Origin: Nostoc sp.
Lineage (GTDB): Bacteria; Cyanobacteriota; Cyanobacteriia; Cyanobacteriales; Nostocaceae
Direction of reading: 5' to 3'
Length of the DNA: 64,000 nucleotides
Assembly (NCBI GenBank): GCA_036918135.1
Contig: JBALDB010000007.1
Coordinates: 393,340 to 457,339, forward strand
This document shows positions 52,216-62,001 of this stretch, in pieces; within the stretch, counting starts at the first letter, position 1; each line of letters starts with the position of its first letter. Below the pieces are notes generated by a model that was not told the DNA's origin, searched no databases, and saw only the letters and a list, made by a program, of their open reading frames with translations. The translations under genes were made by a program, and so were the position numbers.

Positions 52216-53150
52216 GAACCCATTTGACATCTTTTACTATCTTGAAGTAAAGTTACTGCAAAAGTCCTATTCAGCAGTTATGCCATACTCTAGCAGCCTG
52301 ACAGATGAAGAGTGGATAATCCTCGAACCTTTACTGGCTCAAATATTACCAACTAAGAAGCAGACGAGACCACCTAACTGGACAAAGCGAGAAATTTTGA
52401 ATGGCATCTTCTATCAACTCAAGAATGGCTGCAATTGGGAAGACTTGCCCAAGGACTTGCCCCCTTACAAGGGCGGTATATTGGCATTACAAGCAGTGGC
52501 GGGCTCAAGGAGCGATCGACAAACTGATGAGCATTTTACACGCTCAAGTACGTGAGCAGGTTAAAAAAAAGCCAAGTGGACAACGTTGCTGAACATTGAC
52601 TCTCAAGCGGGAAAAAATACCTGTAATGCTAGCACATTATCGAAAGGAGATTGTTTCTACAAATCGACAAATGGCATTAAAAGGCATCTAGCCGTTGATA
52701 CCTTGGGGTTTCCCTTCTTCACTCACTGCACTAAAGCGAATGTATCTGATGATACGGGTTTGATTGAAATATTGACTCTCAACATTGATTATTTCAAGTC
52801 AAAACCAGTTAATATTCCCAAGATCACCATCCTGTTAGACCACGGTTATCACCCTGAGCATCTCAGGGAGGAGTTAGAAAAGGTTTATCCCCAAATCATG
52901 GCGAAAATCACCCTTTGAACTTTCGCCAAAACCATCGAAACAGGAAAAGAAAGATCAAGGTAAATCTGGGTTTGTTCCGATTGCAGCCAGGTGGGTGATT
53001 GAGCGCTCAAATGCTTGAATGGACAGATGTAAAATTCTCGTCAAGAACTTTGAGAGAACTCTAGCTAATGCGACTACCAAAGTTAATCTTTGTTTTATTC
53101 GGCTGATGCTTAAGAGGCTTGCAGTCTCTTCTTAGATGTCAAATGGGTTC
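52216..53150 (+). mobile_element. IS5-family insertion sequence, degenerate transposase
   Basis: Perfect 17-bp TIRs GAACCCATTTGACATCT / AGATGTCAAATGGGTTC flanked by TATA; fragments YSSSLTDEEW, IDSQ, KRHLAVDTLG, RWVIERS with frameshifts and stops. Confidence 0.92.
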
Positions 53151-53335
53151 TATAGATTCTAATTGTCTAGGTTCGTTGTTCATTCCTCTTTCTCCTTGTC
53201 TATGAGATTTTTGTGAGGAAAATCTGATTCTTCTCCCTTGACTTCTTTCACCTGACTAACTTCAAAAATTAGAGAAAAATACTGCCCCATTTCTTTTTGA
53301 AGAAATGCTTCTAAAAGACTTACTTGCTTCGATGT

Positions 53336-54521
53336 TATATTAAATCCGGTAACATCGGAGGAATTAATAAGTACTCTGAGGCCACCAATGATAGTAGGTA
53401 ATAGCTCGGATTAAATACTGCTGTTTTAAAAGGACTTTACAGCGTTGGAATAAAACTTCCTCCAAATCCTCAAGTTTATCGAAACAACGATTTGCGTAGG
53501 CGTAGCCCGCCGAAGGCATCGGTTCATTAACCAACGGCCATAAACGTTCTGCTGGCTGTAATTCGGGTGAGTAAGCAGGTAAATACTCCAAGTGCAAACC
53601 TAAAGGAATCTCTAATTCCTTGCTCGTATGCCATCCGGCTCTGTGAAGAGCTAATACTATGTGCTTATGTTTACCTAAGTAAAATTCTTGTGCAAAGTCG
53701 GCTAAAACTTGATTAAAAAGCTCAAGATTAACTTTTGGCAAAATCCAATAATAGGTCTCTCCAGATTCCGGGTGTACAAAACCATACAACCATAGCCATT
53801 GATAACGCCAATATACATCAGCAATTGGTTGTTCTCCCAAATGTACCCATACTCGTCGTAATATCGGTTTTAATCCCAGGCGGTGTTCATCCATTGCCCA
53901 GATTTCTACCTTTGAGCCTGGATATTTTTTACGTATTTCTTCTAATGTCTGTTCGAGTTTTTTTTTCCAAGTTTCTTGTTCTACTGTGTCTTGAAGTTCG
54001 TGTGCTGGGCGCGGTACCTTTAAACGCATCTCAAAAGCTCGTAAGTATTCCCATCCTCTGTGCGGATGAATTGGACAATCAAGATGATTACTCATCCAAT
54101 CTGCCACTTTGCGACCATTCCATAAACCTCCATCTGCTGGTGGCTATTGCAATGCAATCCACAGTAAAGCTTGTTCTGTTTCTGATAGCAATGTATCAGA
54201 CCCTCGATGTTCATGACGTTTATCTTTTAATCCATCAGCAACTAATTGGTTATAAAGACCTGCGATTCTATAAATTGAACCCCGCCTATATCCTGTAACT
54301 TTTGCAACTTCTTCTGCTGTATATCCTTTTGCTAACAGCCAGATTATTTGCAAGCGTGTACGTTCTATTGGGTCAGATGCTTGATGATAAAGCTTTTCCA
54401 ACTCTTCTAAACAGTTATGTTGCTCTATTCTCAAAATTTTAGGCATAGCGATCGCCTAGACTATGCATCCTTCGTTACTTTGTTGATATCATATCACTCC
54501 GATGCTACCGGATTTGATATG
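53336..54521 (-). mobile_element. IS630-family insertion sequence, inactive transposase
   Basis: About 25-bp TIRs (TATATTAAATCCGGTAACATCGGAG / CTCCGATGCTACCGGATTTGATATG), TA target; DEHR, YSPELQPAE; in-frame TAG at 54144-54146; second catalytic Asp appears as His (LHRAGWH). Confidence 0.92.
53497..53517. repeat. 21-nt small dispersed repeat inserted in a HIP1-like site
   Basis: GCG|TAGGCGTAGCCCGCCGAAGGC|ATCG; adds 7 codons to the transposase. Confidence 0.75.
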
Positions 54522-55543
54522 AGAGCTGACTGCGCGCGAACGCTCAAGCGAACTTGGGGTGGGTTTGTGAGCCAGTTAGTATCAGTTTTCAGTAGTTCCA
54601 AACGTTGAAAAGTTAAGGTTCGATTTAACAAAGCCTTTTTCAGGTGGGTTTCGAGTTGTGCTTGTCTAACTAACTGGGTAAAGCTCACAGTTAAAGGTAT
54701 CAGTAAAGCACCTGTCAGCGCCAATGCCCATAGCAGCGTTTCGTGCGCGATCGATAGGAGAATAGCCAATGACTAAGAATGTGAGCATACAAGCGAGGTT
54801 AATGCCCAACAAATTCGTCAGGTAAAGCAAAGTTGCTCCTAAACTGAGTGACCAGTCAGATTTTGCTAGACCTAAACCGATGACGCAAATTGGTGGCATC
54901 AAGGCAACAGCTATTGCCGTTCCTGCCACACTAGCAGAGATTTTTGAATTCACTTTAGCGTAGCCACTGATACCACCTGCTGCAATTGCAATACCCAAAT
55001 CAAGTAGGTTAGGTTTGGAGCGAGATAGCACTTCACTGCCGAAACTAGGTAGATTAACCAGCCAAGCTATACTGTCAGAAATTAAAAGTGCTAAGAATGT
55101 GCCTAATAATACTGCTATTACGCTTTGACGAAATAGATTGACATTTCCGCTCAATGCACCAAAGGCTAAACCTCGAATTGGCAACATCAGAGGTGCTATA
55201 ATCATTGCCCCGATGATGACAGCAGTACTGTTGGCAAGTAGACCAAATGTAGCGAACTCCTGCGGAGAAGCTTCGCTAACGCACAAGAACCGACAATCAA
55301 AATCAAATATGTTGCGTCGGGAGTAGACTCTTCCAGCAACTCATCTACCAACTGTTTTAGTTGTGAAGGTTCAACCCTTTTGCGTTTAAAATTATTAAAA
55401 CGATTGCGAATATTGTTTATCAACGCCCCCCTAGACTAAATAATTTTAGATTCTGGATTCTAAACAAAACCTGAGAGCGAACATATCCATCTCAAGATAA
55501 ATAATCTACTACATAGAGTGAAATTTATCTCAATAAATCTTAG

Positions 55544-56872
55544 TTAAAGAGGCAGGCGAACTGTAAATGTACTGCCCAACCCTAGTTGACTTTGAACGTG
55601 AATACTACCTTCGTGTGCTTGGACGATCGCTCTTGCTATGGCTAATCCCAAACCCGAACCGCCAGAGGTACGAGAGCGATCGCGATCGACTCGGTAGAAG
55701 CGATCGAATATTCGCTGTTGGTGTTCGACGGCAATACCAATTCCTGTATCTTGAATTTTAACAATGGCATAAAGCTCGCTATTTTCCAAAAAAACCGTGA
55801 CTTTTCCCCCGCTAGGCGTTGCTTGGATTGCATTCACAATTAAGTTGGAAATTAAACGATAAAGCTGTTCTTCATTTCCCCTAACATACAGTTTTCCTGA
55901 AACTTGCACTTGCTTAGAGAGATTTACCCCAGTCTCTACTGCCAAAAATGCTAGTTCCTCAACTAAGTCGCTAATTAAATCATTCAAACAGCAAGGCTGA
56001 TATTCTCCTGTTAGTTGTTTTTGGTCTATCCTCGTTAACAGCAACAAATCTCCAACTAATTGAGATAACCTACGATTTTGGCGTTTGAGAACATCCAAAA
56101 TTCCATTATTTGATTTTGGTTCTTGCTGTAACTTGATAGCGGCTTCAATGGTAGAGTGCATTGCTGCTAAAGGTGTGCGAAACTCATGGGCAGCATCAGC
56201 GGTAAATTGTTGCATTTGTTGGTAGGAATGATATACAGGTTGCATTGCCCTGACTGCTAACCACCAACTTGATAAAGCAACGAAAATCATGGAAACTGGC
56301 AACCCCAACACTAAAGTTAATCTTAAATAAGCAAGATGTTGCTCTAAATCATTCAGACTTCGCGCCACTTGTAGATAACCCGAAAGCTGTTTTTGAGTAT
56401 ACAAAGGTAAAGTGATTTGGCGATATCGAGTACCAGAAGAATCAGTGAGAGTTTGCCAATGCTGTGATGATGAAGTAATTCGTAATTTATCAAATTGTAT
56501 ACCTGCACTTGCAAACATTTTTCCCGAACGATCCAATAAGCGTATATAGTAATTAACAGAGTTAGCTGCCTCTACTATTGGTTGTTTAATAATAGTTTTT
56601 TTAGGCAAACAGTTTGTTTGAGTTATACATAGTTCTAAAGAAAGTTCTTTAGCAAGTTGCTGTAAATGTCCGGGTTGCTGCCAAGCAGGTTCAATACTTT
56701 TATGAAGTGCCTTTGCTACTGATTGTAATCCTTGGTCTATAGTTTCACAGTAGATATGGGCAACTACACTATAAACACCCAAAGCAGATAGCCCTAAAAT
56801 ACCGCCCATTACGAGGGTATACCAAGCTGCTAGCCGCAACCGAGTCTGGTGGAAAATGGGATTGCCGTCCAT
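55544..56872 (-). CDS. Sensor histidine kinase, RppB/NrsS-like
   Basis: TRLRLAAWY, two TMs, FTADAAHEFRTP, NLIVNA, DTGIG, FYRVD, GSGLGLAI. Confidence 0.92.
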   Translation of the reverse strand: MDGNPIFHQTRLRLAAWYTLVMGGILGLSALGVYSVVAHIYCETIDQGLQSVAKALHKSIEPAWQQPGHLQQLAKELSLELCITQTNCLPKKTIIKQPIVEAANSVNYYIRLLDRSGKMFASAGIQFDKLRITSSSQHWQTLTDSSGTRYRQITLPLYTQKQLSGYLQVARSLNDLEQHLAYLRLTLVLGLPVSMIFVALSSWWLAVRAMQPVYHSYQQMQQFTADAAHEFRTPLAAMHSTIEAAIKLQQEPKSNNGILDVLKRQNRRLSQLVGDLLLLTRIDQKQLTGEYQPCCLNDLISDLVEELAFLAVETGVNLSKQVQVSGKLYVRGNEEQLYRLISNLIVNAIQATPSGGKVTVFLENSELYAIVKIQDTGIGIAVEHQQRIFDRFYRVDRDRSRTSGGSGLGLAIARAIVQAHEGSIHVQSQLGLGSTFTVRLPL

Positions 56873-56907
56873 ATTTTTATAACCTTGCTCAAACCGTTGC
56901 TGTTGAG

Positions 56908-57639
56908 TTAGCAAAAATCAGTAGCATGAATGTTGAGGCGATAGCCCACACCATAAATAGTTTCAATTAAAGATTCACTGTCTTCTTCTCCTAATTTACG
57001 TCTCAATAAGCGAATTTGTGCTGCTACTACATTGCTAACTGGTTCTACACCAATTTCCCAAAGCTGATTAATAATTTGGTCGCGGCTGATAATTTGGTTA
57101 GGATGCCTCATAAAATATTCCAATAATTGAAATTCCTTGGCAGTTAGTGAAAATACTTGTTTTTCTCCATGAATATATTGACGAGTTACTTCATGAGTGC
57201 TGTAATTAAGTGTCAGGCAACCTACTTGTAAGCGTCGGGGTTGGACTTGAGGTGTTAGCGTTGTTCCTACGTAAGAGGCTCGCCGTTGTAATGCTCGCAA
57301 TCTTGCCAGCAGTTCTGCCATATCAAACGGTTTAACTAAATAATCATCTGCACCGCTATCTAGACCAATAATCTTTTCTTCCATTTTGTCTTTAGCGGTT
57401 AGCATCAACACAGGTAGAGTTAGTTGGCGCTCGCGCAACCATTTACACAACTCTACCCCCGAAACTCCAGGCAGCATCCAATCAAAAATTGCTAGGGTGT
57501 ACTCAGTCCAGCCAGTTTCTAGATATTGCCATGCCTGAGTCCCATCTAGAAACCAGTCAACCACATACGCCTCATAACTCAGGACTTGTTTGATTGCTGC
57601 ACCTAAGTCAGCTTCATCCTCAACTAATATCAGTCGCAT
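56908..57639 (-). CDS. OmpR-family response regulator, RppA/NrsR-like
   Basis: LVEDE, YTLAIFDWMLP, GADDYLVKPF, SNVVAAQIRLLRRK, YGVGY. Confidence 0.93.
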   Translation of the reverse strand: MRLILVEDEADLGAAIKQVLSYEAYVVDWFLDGTQAWQYLETGWTEYTLAIFDWMLPGVSGVELCKWLRERQLTLPVLMLTAKDKMEEKIIGLDSGADDYLVKPFDMAELLARLRALQRRASYVGTTLTPQVQPRRLQVGCLTLNYSTHEVTRQYIHGEKQVFSLTAKEFQLLEYFMRHPNQIISRDQIINQLWEIGVEPVSNVVAAQIRLLRRKLGEEDSESLIETIYGVGYRLNIHATDFC

Positions 57640-57687
57640 AGTCAACCCAGTGCTAAAAGCCTTCTTTAAATACGCTTTCACGAAAAA

Positions 57688-57782
57688 GTGAAATAACTGT
57701 GAAATTTTTATTCTACTTAAGATAGAAGCACTGCTAACTGGATAGTTTTTAAATTCATAGAAAAATGAAATTGTTGTGAAAT
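57688..57782. promoter_or_regulatory. Two (G/A)TGAAAT-N4-GTGAAAT direct-repeat pairs (putative OmpR-family boxes)
   Basis: GTGAAATaactGTGAAAT at 57688-57705; ATGAAATtgttGTGAAAT at 57765-57782; 11-bp period. Confidence 0.65.
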
Positions 57783-57913
57783 TTCTCTATTTATTGAGCT
57801 ATAGATACTTTTTATTTCAAAAGTAGGAGGCAAGAATTACAACCATTCTCTAAATTAAAGTCACAACTATTAAGAACATAGTTGTCACAAGAAATCTTTT
57901 GATTGGTAATAAT

Positions 57914-58660
57914 ATGACTCAGTTTTGGCTATGGGTTGCCTTTATTGGCATGGTTATTGGCTCTGTTTATTTTGGCTTAAAAGCATCTGCCATGCGGCGT
58001 AAAGAAGGGATGGAATTTCCCCTCGAAAGCTTTTTTATTACCCTTTGGGCTGCAACAATGTACCTGACAATGATTCTAGGTGAAACTGTTCTCAGGGATT
58101 TTAATGGTCAAAGTAAAGTTTTCTTAGGACGCTATTTAGACTGGGTAGTAACTACACCGCTACTGTTACTCGAATTGGGTGTGATAGCTGGATTGCGTCC
58201 CAAATTAATTGCAGGCGTGATGGGTGCAGATATATTTATGATTTTAACAGGCTTAATTGCAACTCTCGCAAGAACGCCTGATAATTACCTTTGGTACATC
58301 ATCAGTTCTGGTGCTTTCCTAGCCATCTTAGCATCACTATTAACTGAATTCTCAGCTAGTGCTAAAAGAAGGAATGGCAAGGTCAACAAGCTATTTCAGA
58401 CGCTGAGAAATGTACTTATCGTATTGTGGATTTGTTATCCAATTGTCTGGATTTTAGGGCCGGAAGGATTCCGTGTAATCAATCCTGGTCTTGAGACTGC
58501 ATTCTACGCAATTTTAGACGTGTGTGCCAAGGTGGGCTTTGGTTTTATTCTGGTATCAGCTAGTAATGAAACTTTAGCACAAGCTAGTAATAGCGATCGC
58601 ATCATGGAAACCGCTCACTCGTATATGCATGAGCAAACAAAACGGAGTTCTTATCAATAA
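57914..58660 (+). CDS. Microbial rhodopsin, cyanorhodopsin-type (DTE, predicted outward H+ pump)
   Basis: 7 TMs; helix C RYLDWVVTTPLLLLEL; helix F WICYPIVW; helix G LDVCAKVGFG with the retinal Lys. Confidence 0.93.
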   Translation: MTQFWLWVAFIGMVIGSVYFGLKASAMRRKEGMEFPLESFFITLWAATMYLTMILGETVLRDFNGQSKVFLGRYLDWVVTTPLLLLELGVIAGLRPKLIAGVMGADIFMILTGLIATLARTPDNYLWYIISSGAFLAILASLLTEFSASAKRRNGKVNKLFQTLRNVLIVLWICYPIVWILGPEGFRVINPGLETAFYAILDVCAKVGFGFILVSASNETLAQASNSDRIMETAHSYMHEQTKRSSYQ

Positions 58661-58748
58661 CAGTTCTACATTTGTTGTGCTGTTAATCCCATTAAAACTA
58701 ACAACCGCAATTCTAACTAAAGCAATCTAACTCAAGGACAACTGAAAT

Positions 58749-59618
58749 ATGAGACGAAGCAGGGAACCACGGCGGGAGGAAGAATTACTTGAATCCCGCT
58801 CCCGCGATTTGGACTTGAGCGGTTCTGAGCAGAAGGAAATTAAAGAACGCGGACGAGCTAAGGCCGTTGTTATCCATGAGGTCATTTACTTAGAAGGCGA
58901 ACAGGAATTGCGCCGTCCGATGTTGGCATTAGCTTGGTCTGGGTTAGCAGCCGGACTTTCTATGGGATTCTCGTTAGTTGCTGAAGGTTTAATGCACGCG
59001 AGTTTACCTGATCGACCGTGGCGGCCGCTCATCTCCAATCTTGGCTATACCGTTGGCTTCTTGATTGTAGTTTTAGGTCGGCAACAGTTGTTCACAGAAA
59101 ACACCTTAACTGTCATCTTACCTTTACTAAATCAACGCAATGGTAAAACTTTAATACGAGTCCTGCGGCTATGGACAATAGTCTTAGTTACCAATCTAAT
59201 CGGGGCGCTAATATTTGCCTGGGTTATAAGTAATACCGAAATTTTTACTGACGAAATTCGGCAAGCCTTTACTGAAATTAGCTTACAGACAATAGAAGGC
59301 AAATTCTGGGTAGTTCTCGGACGAGGCATCTTTGCTGGGTGGTTGATTGCCTTAATGGTGTGGTTGCTTCCTGGCGCTGAGTCTTCACAGATAGCAATTA
59401 TTGTTATCCTCACCTATTTAGTAGGACTAGCAGGATTAGCACATATCATCGCTGGCTCGGTCGAGGTGTTATACATTGTAACCACTGGAGCGATCGCTTG
59501 GGGAGAATACTTCGGTAGATTCATGATCCCTGCGTTGTTAGGCAACATTATCGGTGGTGTGTCTTTGGTTGCTGCACTCAATTACGGGCAGGTTGCACCT
59601 CAAATCAACCGAAAATAA
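58749..59618 (+). CDS. Formate/nitrite transporter family channel (YfdC-like)
   Basis: LAWSGLAAGLSMG, QQLFTENT, AHIIAGS, GNIIGG. Confidence 0.9.
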   Translation: MRRSREPRREEELLESRSRDLDLSGSEQKEIKERGRAKAVVIHEVIYLEGEQELRRPMLALAWSGLAAGLSMGFSLVAEGLMHASLPDRPWRPLISNLGYTVGFLIVVLGRQQLFTENTLTVILPLLNQRNGKTLIRVLRLWTIVLVTNLIGALIFAWVISNTEIFTDEIRQAFTEISLQTIEGKFWVVLGRGIFAGWLIALMVWLLPGAESSQIAIIVILTYLVGLAGLAHIIAGSVEVLYIVTTGAIAWGEYFGRFMIPALLGNIIGGVSLVAALNYGQVAPQINRK

Positions 59619-59716
59619 TGACCATTTGTAAACCAAAGCAACGGGCTGCCTCTGCGTTTTAAAAACCAAGAAATTAAAAACGAACAGTCTTCGCTATTAA
59701 GCAAGGATAATATTTC

Positions 59717-60301
59717 ATGAGTCAACAGTTGTGGGACGACATCAACTGGGCATTAGGATTAGGTGCAGAGCCAAAAACGCTAACTTTTTTACAAATGGCA
59801 CTACGCGCCATCATCATATATATAGCAGGGTTAATGATGGTGCGTTTAGCAGGAGACCGACGCTTTAGTGGTAGATTCACTGATTTCGATGTCATTATGA
59901 GTATCACCTTCGGCTCGTTGTTAAGCCGTGCAATTAATGGTTCGGCACCATTTTGGGGAACCATCGGTGTCGGTTTTGTGCTGGTGGGGATGAATCGGTT
60001 GTTTGCTTTGATTAGCGATCGCTCCCGCAGTTTCCGTCAAGCGATCGCTGGTAACTCGCTAATCCTAATTCAAGATGGCGAAATTCAATCAAATAACCTC
60101 AAAAAAGCCCATGTCAGTCAATCCGATTTGATAGCATCTTTACGCAGCAATGCTCACTTATCAGATCCGACTCAAGTAAAGGTCGCACGTCTAGAGCGCA
60201 GTGGACAAATCAGTGTCATTCCTAGAGTCTGCGAACCCCAAGTGATTGAAATGACAGTCGAACAGGGAGTGCAGATAGTGCGCGTTAAATTAGAGCCTTA
60301 A
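59717..60301 (+). CDS. DUF421 (YetF-like) membrane protein
   Basis: FTDFDVIMSITFGS, LIQDG, LERSGQISV. Confidence 0.88.
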   Translation: MSQQLWDDINWALGLGAEPKTLTFLQMALRAIIIYIAGLMMVRLAGDRRFSGRFTDFDVIMSITFGSLLSRAINGSAPFWGTIGVGFVLVGMNRLFALISDRSRSFRQAIAGNSLILIQDGEIQSNNLKKAHVSQSDLIASLRSNAHLSDPTQVKVARLERSGQISVIPRVCEPQVIEMTVEQGVQIVRVKLEP

Positions 60302-60377
60302 TTAGAGTAATAAAAGTATTAATCCAGCTTGAAATCTTATATTTTACTGATTTATTTCGTGATTCAACAATTAAAAA

Positions 60378-61343
60378 ATGAATCTAAGAACACCTTTAAT
60401 TTTTTATTTAGTTGTCAGCGTTACTTTAATAGTCTCGCTCTTATCAATAGCTTTTCCTGTTTTTGCTAACTTCTATGGACTATTTTTGGTAGGGCTATTA
60501 GTTTGCTTTGTAGGCATTCCTCATGGAGCTACCGACCATTTAGTTTTTTATGCTTTAAATAAAAATAATAATTATTTAATCAATAAAGTCAAATTTTACT
60601 TTTTTTATGTTTTTTCTATTTTAGCTTATACTATTTGCTGGTATTTACTGCCATCTCTTACTTTCAATATCTTTCTTACTATTAGCATTTATCATTTAGG
60701 TCAATCTAATTTATATTATCTGCATCTCCCAAACAAAATTATTAAAACTTGTATCTATTGTTGTTGGGGATTATTTATAATTACAGCAGCCGTTGTTTCC
60801 AATCCTCAAGAAGTGAATTATATTACTCAATATTTATCCAGTGATATATGGCTGAGTGATATTAACATTAGAAAATATTTTTTACTATTAATTATTATTA
60901 TAAATTTTTTAACGATCGGTTTACTTTTTAGTTTAAAGTACGCTAATAAAAAAGATTTGATTAGAGAATATTTAATACTATCTGTTTTAGGAATACTTTT
61001 TTATACAACACCTTTGATGATATCTTTTGGAATATATTTTAGTATTTGGCATTCGCTCGGCTCGACTTTTGACCAAATTGAATTACTTAGAAATAATACT
61101 GATAACTTAAAAATAACTGACTTTTATTTAAGAGCTATTCCCTTGAGTATTATTTCCATAATATTCTTGATACTGGTAGCTTTATTTTTAAATAACTTTA
61201 ATATACAAGAATTAGAGAAAAATCTTAATGCAACGATGGCTGCATTTTTTATTTTTCTGGCGGCAATTACATTTCCACATACAATTATTAGAGATAAATT
61301 GTACAGGAAATTTACTTCAGACGTTGAAAGCCGTAATTCTTAA
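60378..61343 (+). CDS. blh: Brp/Blh-family beta-carotene 15,15'-dioxygenase
   Basis: Four His motifs GIPHGATDH, YHLG, YFSIWHS, TFPH in a multi-TM protein; lies downstream of a rhodopsin. Confidence 0.85.
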   Translation: MNLRTPLIFYLVVSVTLIVSLLSIAFPVFANFYGLFLVGLLVCFVGIPHGATDHLVFYALNKNNNYLINKVKFYFFYVFSILAYTICWYLLPSLTFNIFLTISIYHLGQSNLYYLHLPNKIIKTCIYCCWGLFIITAAVVSNPQEVNYITQYLSSDIWLSDINIRKYFLLLIIIINFLTIGLLFSLKYANKKDLIREYLILSVLGILFYTTPLMISFGIYFSIWHSLGSTFDQIELLRNNTDNLKITDFYLRAIPLSIISIIFLILVALFLNNFNIQELEKNLNATMAAFFIFLAAITFPHTIIRDKLYRKFTSDVESRNS

Positions 61344-61491
61344 GCAAGTTTGCTCAGGACAAAAGCTGCAAGAAATCCAAAGTCGTTACACATCGCTCTT
61401 TGAGAAATCTTGGCATAGTAATCTACTGCAGAACCCAGTAGTAGTGCTGAACCACCAAACCCTAGAAACCTCAGAATCCCTCGGTAATTGA

Positions 61492-61595
61492 CCTCCTGAC
61501 TTGAAAGAGCTTTCTTGAGCAGGGGAGGCAGGGGAAGCAGGGGGAGAAAGATATTTTCATGCATGATAGTGAAACTTGTTTCATTGCGACTGCCT
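61492..61595 (-). repeat. Dispersed repeat, copy 2 (see 10988-11075)
   Basis: CCTCCTGACTTGAAAGAG..TTTTCATGC..GTGAAACTTGTTTCAT..GACTGCCT. Confidence 0.75.
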
Positions 61596-61598
61596 CCT

Positions 61599-61964
61599 TC
61601 AAGTAGCTTGGATTTCTCCACCTTGGGGTTTGGATAGTGCTTGTAATTCCTCCCAAATATAATGACTAGGTAATTCAATCGGTTTGTCATCGGCTCCTAA
61701 CCCTAACCCAACTTTTGGCTGAAGTTCCTCAATAAATTCCTCAGCGTACTCTGCTAATTTATTGCTTGTAACTCCACCAGTAATTGCCCCAGCAACGCCA
61801 CCAATCGCAGCCCCTACTTTACCACCAATTGAGCGACCGAGTGCGGCTCCGGCTACGCCACCTCCCACAGCACCTAAACCTGTAGCTAAGGGATGAGATG
61901 TGCTTGTTGAATCATTCTGTTGAGGTTGCTGTTGTGGTGTAATTTGTCGTTCATTGTTTGTCAT
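61599..61964 (-). CDS. Glycine-zipper small protein
   Basis: GLGAVGGGVAGAALG..GAAIGGVAGAITGG; AGGA RBS. Confidence 0.75.
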   Translation of the reverse strand: MTNNERQITPQQQPQQNDSTSTSHPLATGLGAVGGGVAGAALGRSIGGKVGAAIGGVAGAITGGVTSNKLAEYAEEFIEELQPKVGLGLGADDKPIELPSHYIWEELQALSKPQGGEIQAT

Positions 61965-62001
61965 TATGTTTTGTCCTTTTTGACTTGATTAATTAATCAT
62001 C

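Larger units (their letters stand above)
53180..55423 (-). pseudogene. DUF389 (TIGR00341-like) membrane protein gene disrupted by IS630, a HIP1-site insert and a frameshift
   Basis: GLLANSTAVIIGAMIIAPLM, GTAIAVALMPP; reading resumes after the IS as ITSKQVSLLEAFLQKEMGQ to TGA at 53180-53182. Confidence 0.88.

Noticed and set aside
52216..54521. Composite transposon formed by the two IS elements
   Set aside because: Different families with unrelated TIRs; each has its own insertion site
57914..58660. Anabaena sensory rhodopsin or chloride-pumping rhodopsin
   Set aside because: Helix G keeps Asp (ASR has Pro), helix C is DTE rather than TSD, and no transducer gene follows
61340..61690. 116-aa minus-strand ORF as a real gene
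   Set aside because: Chimeric reading through the glycine-zipper gene end and a dispersed repeat; at most a short gene remnant
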